Below are positions 27,738 to 34,974 of a stretch of 64,000 nt of DNA, in pieces. The notes under the pieces are model-generated. The model searched no databases. It was given only the letters and a program-made list of their open reading frames with translations, and was not told where the DNA came from. Position 1 is the first letter of the stretch, and each line of letters begins with the position of its first letter. Location: assembly GCA_964291405.2 (NCBI GenBank), contig OZ219926.1:3616001-3680000 (forward strand), read 5' to 3'. The position numbers and the translations under genes are program-made. The DNA is from Thermodesulfobacteriota bacterium (GTDB taxonomy: Bacteria > Desulfobacterota > Binatia > Bin18).

Positions 27738-27764
27738 CAATTATGCGGCAATGCCGCATAATTG
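27738..27764. promoter_or_regulatory. Perfect 13-bp inverted repeat, probable TA autorepression operator
   Basis: CAATTATGCGGCA-A-TGCCGCATAATTG directly upstream of the toxin ATG. Confidence 0.7.
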
Positions 27765-27772
27765 GCAAGATG

Positions 27773-27871
27773 CCGTTCGATGGCAAGGGCGGCAAGGGGC
27801 AGATGGATAAGCTCTTCGGCGACCGGATGGATGATGTGATTGATGAGTTGAATGGGGTGTTGGCGGTGTGA
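27773..27871 (+). pseudogene. Duplicated 3' end (99 nt) of hsdR
   Basis: Aligns ungapped with 26444-26542, about a dozen mismatches (PFDGKGG.GQM.KLFGDRMDDVIDELN). Confidence 0.9.
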
Positions 27872-27880
27872 AGGAAAAAC

Positions 27881-29488
27881 ATGAAGGAAGAAGGGAGAAG
27901 GAAAAAGGCGGAAGTGGCGGAGCTTCGGACTCGGACGAACGTGGCGCATGAAGCGATACCGATCAGAGAAGTACTCATCCCGAGAAATGAGAAGGTCACG
28001 CCTGCCGACTATCCTGAGTTGCCTTATATTGGTCTTGACGACATTGAAGCTCATTCCATGCGTTTGCTCGGTTCAAAACCCGCTGCAAGCATGAAAAGTT
28101 CTGCCAAACGTTTCTATCCTGGCGATGTGCTTTACTCGCGGCTCCGTCCATATCTGAACAAAGTCTGGCTGTCGGACCGCAACGGTATTTGCTCATCCGA
28201 GTTCATCGTGATGCCCGGCAATCAGCTCGTGGACCCCGGCTTTCTCGCACTCAGGCTCAACGCGATAGATTTCGTTTCATTCGCAAACAGCTTGAATGCG
28301 GGCGATAGACCACGCGTTGATTTTGACCAAATTTCTTCCTTCTGCCTTCCTCCTTTTTCCTTGTCGCAACAGCACCGCATCGTCACCAAGATTGAGGAAC
28401 TATTTTCCGAACTGGACAAAGGCATCGAAAGCCTGAAAACCGCTCAGGCGCAACTCAAGGTCTATCGCCAGGCCGTGCTCAAGCATGCCCTCGAAGGCAA
28501 GCTCACGGCGCAGTGGCGCGAAGAGAGCAGAGACAAGCTTGAGAAACCCGAGCGACTGCTCGCCCGTATCAAGAAGGAGCGGGCGGTGCGCTACGAGCGG
28601 CAACTCAAGGAGTGGGAGGTTGCTGTCAAGGAGTGGGAGGGAAGCGGAAAATCTGGAAGAAAGCCTCCCAAGCCGCAAAAACCGAAAAATCCATTGCCTA
28701 TCGCGGTTAGTCAGGTAGATAACCCTTTCTGGACTCGCCTTTTCTTGGATGAACTCGCGGCCGAGGCCGTGCTCGGTAAAATGCTGGACAAGGAAAAGAA
28801 TACAGGTACGCCTAGGTACTATCTCGGCAATATCAACCTTCGCTGGGGGAAGTTCGACCTCGAAAACTTAAAGACGATGAAAGTGGAGGAAAGCGAAATC
28901 GAGCGCTACCGCTTAGAAAAGGGAGACCTCGTTGTCTGTGAAGGCGGCGAGCCCGGACGATGTGCAGTATGGGAAGGACAGGAGTCTACCATGCTGATTC
29001 AAAAAGCTCTTCATCGCGTACGTTTCACGGAGAGCTATAGTCCATACTTCGCATATTACTTCATGACTTACGCTGCTAGTTCAGGACTGCTCTCACCAAA
29101 TTTCACAGGGAGTACTATCAAGCATCTTACAGGCAAAGGACTGGGGAGTGTGTTGTTCCCACTTTGCACCTTGGCAGAGCAAAATCAGATCGTGCACTTC
29201 TTGGATAGAGCCTTTAATATATGTGATGAATTAGGTTGCCAAATCGAACGCGAAATCCGACGGTCTAATTCTCTCCGTCAGTCAGTTCTCAGTAAAGCCT
29301 TCTCCGGTCAACTCGTCCCGCAGGACCCGCACGACGAACCGGCCTCGGTTCTTCTGGACCGAATCAGGGCCGAAAGAGAGAAGGCGGTGAAGAACAACCA
29401 CACCAAGAAAACAAAGAAGAGAAAGACGACTGCACGAATACCGCTCCCATCGTCTCCAAAGTCTGGAGATAACCCACCCCGCCACTAA
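27881..29488 (+). CDS. hsdS: Type I R-M specificity subunit; N-terminus derived from the four-helix-bundle gene start (alternative GTG start 27941)
   Basis: GDVLYSRLRPYLNKV, QHRIVTKIEELFSELD, YRQAVLK.ALEGKLT, EQNQIV, LRQSVLSKAFSGQLVPQDP. Confidence 0.93.
   Translation: MKEEGRRKKAEVAELRTRTNVAHEAIPIREVLIPRNEKVTPADYPELPYIGLDDIEAHSMRLLGSKPAASMKSSAKRFYPGDVLYSRLRPYLNKVWLSDRNGICSSEFIVMPGNQLVDPGFLALRLNAIDFVSFANSLNAGDRPRVDFDQISSFCLPPFSLSQQHRIVTKIEELFSELDKGIESLKTAQAQLKVYRQAVLKHALEGKLTAQWREESRDKLEKPERLLARIKKERAVRYERQLKEWEVAVKEWEGSGKSGRKPPKPQKPKNPLPIAVSQVDNPFWTRLFLDELAAEAVLGKMLDKEKNTGTPRYYLGNINLRWGKFDLENLKTMKVEESEIERYRLEKGDLVVCEGGEPGRCAVWEGQESTMLIQKALHRVRFTESYSPYFAYYFMTYAASSGLLSPNFTGSTIKHLTGKGLGSVLFPLCTLAEQNQIVHFLDRAFNICDELGCQIEREIRRSNSLRQSVLSKAFSGQLVPQDPHDEPASVLLDRIRAEREKAVKNNHTKKTKKRKTTARIPLPSSPKSGDNPPRH
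28331..28362 (+). repeat. Inverted heptamer block B' embedded in hsdS coding sequence
   Basis: ATTTCTT CCTTCTG CCTTCCT CCTTTTT CCTT; reverse-complement similar to 27881-27915. Confidence 0.8.
29434..29468 (+). pseudogene. Relic of an hsdM 5' end (ATG>ACG)
   Basis: ACG AAT ACC GCT CCC ATC GTC TCC AAA GTC TGG AG = (M)NTAPIVSKVW versus the real HsdM start MTTQPIVSKVW. Confidence 0.8.
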
Positions 29489-29511
29489 CGCGGCACCCCT
29501 CCAGGGAGGGA
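29471..29511. repeat. REP-like element
   Basis: AACCCACCCC...GCGGCACCCCTCCAGGGAGGG. Confidence 0.8.
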
Positions 29512-29540
29512 ACTACTCCCCTAACTTGATAAAGGACATA

Positions 29541-30155
29541 CTATATTATTCTGAGGTGGGAGGAAGGGATTGGATTCTCAAATTCATATAGCTTAGGGAC
29601 AGCTCTTAAATCCCCAAGAAGAAACCATGTTTGTCCAGTTGGAGGGCGAGCACCGAAAAGCCATATCTCTGCTACTGGAGTCTCTTCCGCTATCTGGGAA
29701 TACAAGGAAGGAATAATAGGTCCGTCTCGGTGGCCGTAAATAGCAACGGTCAATCCGGGAGAGTCGGGATATTGGTTAAGTTTGTTTATGATGTGATACA
29801 GGGTCTCTTTAGAATTCTTCTCGATAGAAGGAAGTTCCTTTAGCTGAACGGGTCTAAACTGGCGTGTTTTTGTCCCGTTCCAGGAAAGCACACAATCATA
29901 ATCGTCCTTCTCGTGTAGCCTTACCCCTACAGGTCTGTTGAGTATGCATTCTTGTACAGCTAAAGCGAATGCAGCAGCCATCCACCACTCTTTTACTTTC
30001 TTATGGTCTTTTTGAATAAGACCGTCCCAACTTAAGTTTTTTTCCTTTGCTTGGCGATAAAAATCCGCGAGTATTGATTCCGGTTGGTAATACTTTAAGG
30101 AACCCCATTGTCGTAACTGCATTTTTGTGGGACCTTCCCAATTCTTTCTGTTCAT
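29541..30155 (-). CDS. Hypothetical protein, possible PD-(D/E)XK-like nuclease (D...QxK)
   Basis: AT-rich ORF; DDYDCVL-x12-VQLKEL; EIWLFG. Confidence 0.55.
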   Translation of the reverse strand: MNRKNWEGPTKMQLRQWGSLKYYQPESILADFYRQAKEKNLSWDGLIQKDHKKVKEWWMAAAFALAVQECILNRPVGVRLHEKDDYDCVLSWNGTKTRQFRPVQLKELPSIEKNSKETLYHIINKLNQYPDSPGLTVAIYGHRDGPIIPSLYSQIAEETPVAEIWLFGARPPTGQTWFLLGDLRAVPKLYEFENPIPSSHLRII

Positions 30156-30427
30156 GGAGTCCTCTTGCCTCTACGCTAGCAGAGTATCAAGCTGCGCCAG
30201 CTCGTCTGTGTATCGCTGAATATCCTGTAGGGTAGTGACAATATCCTTATGTTTGGGCGTCTCCGGCAACACTGCGTTCCGTCTTTTCACACTTCAAGAG
30301 CATATCAGCCCGTATGCGGTCCTGTTCCTCTGTTCCCATACTAACCTCTCCTTCTCATCGCTCTCTTCCATTTTTCTTCGTAGAGACAACCCCCTCCCTA
30401 CATTTGGGCGTGCCATACTTTTTCATT

Positions 30428-30974
30428 TGCTGTATAACTAAAAAATATAACAATTTGTTCTCCTTCCGCCCTGGACTATCCCTCTTTTTCCGGTACACTG
30501 TAAAAGGTGGAAGAAGGAGGCCAGCCATGATGTCGCTCCTTGAACTTGCCGAACGGTTCCCAGACGAACAAGCAGCCCGGGACTGGTTTGAACGACTACG
30601 CTGGGAGGGGCAGCGCCGGTGCGGGTATTGCCAGTCAGCCCGTACCACAGCCGTGCCCATCGGTCCATGAGAATCTATGCTGTGGCATACAGGAACTGAG
30701 AGGCGGTGCCCATGATAAACATCACCGTATCCGTTGACGCCGACCCCCATCGGTCCGTTCGTATTCGGACGACGGTGCTGCCCCGCTCTGGAAAACGTGC
30801 ATGGATGGCTCAATAAGTTATTGATTTTGCTTAGGGTTATTTTTGAAGAACGTCTATTTTCTCGAAAATGGTTCGATAAGTTATTGATTTTCCTGACTTT
30901 TGGCCTGAGACCCCCCCCTATGCATCACAAAATGGTCTGATAAGTCCTTGATTTTCCTTTGTATCATACAGTAG
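30428..30974 (+). mobile_element. IS1595-family remnant (transposase zinc-ribbon fragment 30527-30670; ends uncertain)
   Basis: MSLLELAERFPDEQAARDWFERLRW...CGYCQS, truncated; weak inverted ends CTGTATAAC / TATCATACAG. Confidence 0.6.
30814..30953. promoter_or_regulatory. Three IHF-consensus sites spaced 63-64 bp
   Basis: TAAGTTATTGATT at 30814 and 30877, TAAGTCCTTGATT at 30941; all match YAANNNNTTGATW. Confidence 0.55.
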
Positions 30975-31032
30975 AACTATGTTTTAATATAAAACTCGAA
31001 TAGTCCTGTACACCGGCCCAGAGGCTGCTGGC

Positions 31033-31242
31033 ATGGTGTCAACCGGCGGAGGAACGGCGCGGGCAGCGTTGCGCCGTGTGTCCACGGCCTCGCTGATTCG
31101 CCAGGCGGTCAGCGAATTTCAGATACGGGAACAGCGCGGCTCGATTGCGTCGTTTCAAGAGGTGCTCAAGCAGACGGCGGGCATCTGGCAGGCCGGGGAC
31201 GGGCTTGAGTACCAGGAGCGTATGCGCCAGGAATGGCTTTAG
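31033..31242 (+). pseudogene. N-terminally eroded RHH/CopG-type antitoxin, no toxin downstream
   Basis: VSTASLIRQAV...AGIW...DGLEYQERMRQEW. Confidence 0.55.
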
Positions 31243-31278
31243 AGGGCAACCCTCCAAGGAGGGGGTCAAGAGGGGAGT

Positions 31279-32763
31279 ATGACTACGCAGCCTATTGTCT
31301 CTAAAGTCTGGAGCTTCTGCACCACCCTGCGCGATGACGGGGTGAGCTATGGCGACTACCTGGAACAGCTCACCTATCTGATCTTTCTCAAGATGGCCGA
31401 CGAGTACGCCACACCGCCCTACAACCGCAATGTCGGCATCCCTGCCGAATACGACTGGCAGAGCCTGAAGTCGAAAAAAGGCGCGGAGCTTGAAAGCCAC
31501 TACGTCACCCTGCTTCGCGAGCTTGGCACCAGGAAAGGTATGCTGGGCCAGATTTTTACCAAGGCCCAGAACAAGATTCAGGACCCGGCCAAGCTGTTCC
31601 GCCTCATCGACATGGTGAACGACACCGAATGGGTGAGCATGGGTGCCGACGTGAAAGGGGATATTTACGAAGGGCTGCTTGAAAAGAACGCCGAAGACAC
31701 CAAGTCAGGCGCGGGCCAATATTTCACGCCGCGCGCCCTTATCCGCACCATAGTCGAATGCGTCCGGCCCGAACCGGGTAATCTCATCGCCGACCCGGCC
31801 TGCGGGACGGGCGGCTTCTTTCTGGCCGCCTATGACTTCATTATCAACTCGGGCAATTTCAACCCCGATAAGGAGCAGAAGGCGTTCCTCAAGCACAAGG
31901 CGTTTCACGGCAACGAGATCGTCGCCAACACGCGCCGGTTGTGCCTGATGAATATGTTCTTGCACAACATTGGTGAGATCGACGGCGACGCGCCTATTTC
32001 GTCAAACGATTCGCTGGTGGCCGATGCCGGCGAGCGCTTTGACTACGTGCTGGCCAACCCGCCGTTCGGCAAGAAGAGCTCCATGAGCTTCACCAACGAG
32101 GAGGGCGAACAGGAAAAGGACGACCTGACCTATAACCGGCAGGACTTCTGGGCCACGACTTCAAACAAACAGCTCAATTTCGTGCAGCATATTCGCACCA
32201 TGCTGAAAACCACTGGGAGGGCCGCTGTGGTTGTTCCCGATAATGTTTTGTTTGAAGGCGGGGCCGGCGAGACCATTCGCAAGAAGCTGCTGGACAACAC
32301 CGACCTGCACACCATCCTGCGCCTGCCGACCGGTGTATTCTACGCCCAAGGGGTCAAGGCCAACGTGATTTTCTTCGACAACCACGAAGCCAGCCCGAAT
32401 CCCTGGACAAAAAAAGTCTGGTACTACGACTATCGCACCAATATTCACCACACGCTCAAGAAAAAGCCCCTCCGCTTTGAAGACCTGCAAGATTTTATCC
32501 AGTGCTATCACCCCCAAAACCGCTGGGAACGGAGGGAAACCTGGGACGCGGAAACGAACCCCGAGGGGCGGTGGCGGGCGTTCTCGTATGACGAGGTTCT
32601 CGCTCGGGATAAGACCAGCCTGGATATTTTCTGGCTCAAGGACAAAAGCCTGGCCGATCTCGATAATCTGCCTGAGCCGGACGAGCTGGCAGCCGAAATT
32701 ATTGAAAACCTGGAGTCCGGGCTTGCCCGTTTTAGGGAGATTGTGACGGCGTTGGAGCGGTGA
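31279..32763 (+). CDS. hsdM: Type I R-M N6-adenine DNA methyltransferase
   Basis: GAGQYFTPR, DPACGTGGF, ANPPFG, VPDNVLFEGGAG. Confidence 0.96.
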   Translation: MTTQPIVSKVWSFCTTLRDDGVSYGDYLEQLTYLIFLKMADEYATPPYNRNVGIPAEYDWQSLKSKKGAELESHYVTLLRELGTRKGMLGQIFTKAQNKIQDPAKLFRLIDMVNDTEWVSMGADVKGDIYEGLLEKNAEDTKSGAGQYFTPRALIRTIVECVRPEPGNLIADPACGTGGFFLAAYDFIINSGNFNPDKEQKAFLKHKAFHGNEIVANTRRLCLMNMFLHNIGEIDGDAPISSNDSLVADAGERFDYVLANPPFGKKSSMSFTNEEGEQEKDDLTYNRQDFWATTSNKQLNFVQHIRTMLKTTGRAAVVVPDNVLFEGGAGETIRKKLLDNTDLHTILRLPTGVFYAQGVKANVIFFDNHEASPNPWTKKVWYYDYRTNIHHTLKKKPLRFEDLQDFIQCYHPQNRWERRETWDAETNPEGRWRAFSYDEVLARDKTSLDIFWLKDKSLADLDNLPEPDELAAEIIENLESGLARFREIVTALER

Positions 32764-32780
32764 GATGAGAAGGGGGCAGG

Positions 32781-33051
32781 GAACCCACCCCGCCCCTTCG
32801 ACTAGGCTCAGGACAGGCGCTAACGCGGCACCTCTCCAGGGCCGTGTTATGTAAATTACATTACCCGGCGGCCCCCCGCCCCTGCGCAGTTCCTGTCCGC
32901 AGCAGGGGCTAGGAGTGCGGGCTTCCAGCCCGCAAGCGGCCAAGATGGCCGCTCTCCCAGGAAGCGTGAGGGCAAGCGGCCCGAGGCGGGGGCCGCCGGA
33001 CCGGCCCCGAGAGGCTCACGACACAATGCACATCACACGTCCAGGGAGGGG
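32781..33051. repeat. REP-like element interrupted by nested repeats
   Basis: AACCCACCCC...[CCCTTCGACTAGGCTCAGGACAGG]...CGCGGCACCTCTCCAGGG|MITE|CCAGGGAGGGG. Confidence 0.75.
32842..33040. mobile_element. ~200-bp MITE, copy 1
   Basis: Homologous to 53383-53582; right end CATCACACGT; flanked by CCAGGG direct repeat. Confidence 0.8.
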
Positions 33052-33061
33052 AGCTCTGAAA

Positions 33062-33448
33062 CTAATGGGTTGGCAGGGGAGAAAAGTGGGCGCTGACGAT
33101 CTTCCACTGACCGTCTTCTTTGCCGAAGACGAGGGTGGTCCGTCCGTTTAGGGTGCTGACCTGCCCGTCCTTCCCCACCGAGGTGAAGGTATCATAGCCG
33201 TTTGCCACACCGGCACTCCTGCCAATGGTCCGGCAGGACAGTTGGCGCAGACCGGAGTTGGCCGAGGTAACGCCTGCCATCGCCCCCCGCAAAAACTCGG
33301 CGAACTCCGCCTTGCTGTCAAACCGGTAGGGAACGTGGTCAATCACCTCAAGGTCTTCGGACAACATGCCAATCGCCTTTTCCACGTCCAATTGCGCAAA
33401 GGCGTCAAAGAACCCTCTGGCCGCGGCTTCGATTTCTCGTGCACTCAT
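33062..33448 (-). CDS. NTF2/SnoaL-like protein
   Basis: GFFDAFAQLD...GRTTLVF...GQWKIVSAHFS. Confidence 0.85.
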   Translation of the reverse strand: MSAREIEAAARGFFDAFAQLDVEKAIGMLSEDLEVIDHVPYRFDSKAEFAEFLRGAMAGVTSANSGLRQLSCRTIGRSAGVANGYDTFTSVGKDGQVSTLNGRTTLVFGKEDGQWKIVSAHFSPLPTH

Positions 33449-33698
33449 AGCTTCCTCCCGTATGGATTATAGTGTCCCGTCTGCTTAGCGGGACCAGGAA
33501 CGGGATGCAAGCCGGTCTGGCCGTTCAGAGGCAGCGGTTGCGGAATTGCGCTTTCTCAGGCAGAAAGAGGCTCGATAACGAAGGCCAGCAGTACCCCGGC
33601 TCCGGAGGGGATGTAAAGAGTAAACGTATCCTCCAATAGATATGAGATGCCGGACACGTTTACTCTTTTTGGGCTGAGGCTTTCTCAGGAGAAACCGC

Positions 33699-34970
33699 GT
33701 GACAAGTATTTTTCGTGGAGGGTGTGTCCTCCTGTGCTGCCTGGTGTCCTGGGTCGTGTTCGGATCTTTTTCCTCGGTTGCCCAGGCTCAAGAGAACGAA
33801 CGTGAGCGCATTCTTGAAAATTTCTTTCTCTACCGAGACGGGCCGCTACAGGTGGAGGGCATCCAGCCCGGCCTGAAACTTGATGCCACCAACGCCTCAG
33901 TCGCTTCGGCGGTCTTGCCGCCGGAGATTCTGACCTATCTGGCGGCGGGTGACTTTTCGATTACCGTGCAGGAGACCACGGACCTGCCACTTCGACAGTC
34001 CTTTATTGATGCAACGCTTCAACACTACCGTGGAGTCGTGGTCGGGGAGGGCGACCTCCAGAATTATGTGGCCGGCCAGCCTTTTCCCGTGCTTCAGGCG
34101 GACGACCCGCAGGCCGGTCTGAAAGCGGCCTGGAACCTGCGCTACCGCGACCAGGGCGACGACGCGCAAATGTGGGCGACGAACAGCCTGGTCAATGGCA
34201 GTGGCAATACCGAACGCTCGCAGACCTTTGCCTTTTTCTCGCTCTACGGTATGCATCGCCCCGACAGCGCCAGGAATATCGCGCAGTGGGAGAAACACGG
34301 CATCTACACCAAACAATACACCCGTATGCTGGCGCCGTCCGACAGCGAGGGCAATCAGATCCTGGCCGTGCAGCCCGACAACGATTTCCTGCCGCACGAC
34401 CAGTGGGCCTACGATCCAGAGACGCGCCGCACCCGTAAAATTGTCTATATGCCATACATCTCGCCTGGGCGGGGCGTGGTGCTGATTGAGGACCGCTCCG
34501 GCTTCCTTGGCTATATTCACGCCTATGACTGGAAATATCTGCGCGAGCAAACCGTCCTGACACCGGGGCCGATCCGGGCCAGTGCCCCTACCTGGGGCGG
34601 GCGTGGCAATTGGTATCCGGTTGACCCCTGGGAGCTGCGCCGGGCCGTGGTGGTTGAGGCCACGCCGAAAAATTCGCATCCCCTGTACAGCAAGCGCATC
34701 CTGTATATCGATGTTCAGACCTCTCTGCCCTTATTTGCCTTTACGTATGACCACGAGGGGCAGCATAAACGGAGCTTTCTGGTGGTCGCCCGGCACCCCG
34801 AATTCAACCCGTGGGGCAATAAGGACTGGGTGGCGCAGATTGCCGCCCAGGGTTCGATTGACTATCAGCTTGAGCGGGCCAATAATTTTCAGATCACCAA
34901 GATTCTCCTGAATCGGGACCTCCCCCCGAGTCAGTTCACTGTCATGACCCTCATGCTGCGCGGGAAGTAA
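33699..34970 (+). CDS. DUF1329-family exported protein
   Basis: GQPFP...DPQAGLKAAWN, QWAY.P..RRTRK, VVEATPK..HPLYSKR. Confidence 0.85.
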   Translation: MTSIFRGGCVLLCCLVSWVVFGSFSSVAQAQENERERILENFFLYRDGPLQVEGIQPGLKLDATNASVASAVLPPEILTYLAAGDFSITVQETTDLPLRQSFIDATLQHYRGVVVGEGDLQNYVAGQPFPVLQADDPQAGLKAAWNLRYRDQGDDAQMWATNSLVNGSGNTERSQTFAFFSLYGMHRPDSARNIAQWEKHGIYTKQYTRMLAPSDSEGNQILAVQPDNDFLPHDQWAYDPETRRTRKIVYMPYISPGRGVVLIEDRSGFLGYIHAYDWKYLREQTVLTPGPIRASAPTWGGRGNWYPVDPWELRRAVVVEATPKNSHPLYSKRILYIDVQTSLPLFAFTYDHEGQHKRSFLVVARHPEFNPWGNKDWVAQIAAQGSIDYQLERANNFQITKILLNRDLPPSQFTVMTLMLRGK

Positions 34971-34974
34971 GGCA

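Noticed and set aside
26900-27871. 323-aa plus-strand ORF ending in an HsdR-like C-terminus
   Set aside because: It runs antisense through the TA pair; only its ends are meaningful, as repeat and hsdR relics.
26539-28362. Classical hsdS shufflon
   Set aside because: No invertase or recombinase and no full silent hsdS copy; the inverted arrays are imperfect, low-complexity heptamers.
26444-28368. Diversity-generating retroelement (Avd-like gene plus repeat pairs as TR/VR)
   Set aside because: No reverse transcriptase in the window. Mismatches between the repeat copies involve T and C as well as A and include indels, so they are not adenine-specific.
30170-30345. Small minus-strand gene (MGTEEQDRIRAD... 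/ ...KDIVTTLQDIQRYTDELAQLDTLLA)
   Set aside because: Two short pieces in different frames with no recognisable family; possibly a decayed passenger gene, too weak to annotate.
30814-30953. Mini CRISPR array (63-64 bp period)
   Set aside because: The conserved core is only ~16 nt, there are three degenerate copies and no cas genes; an IHF-site reading fits better.
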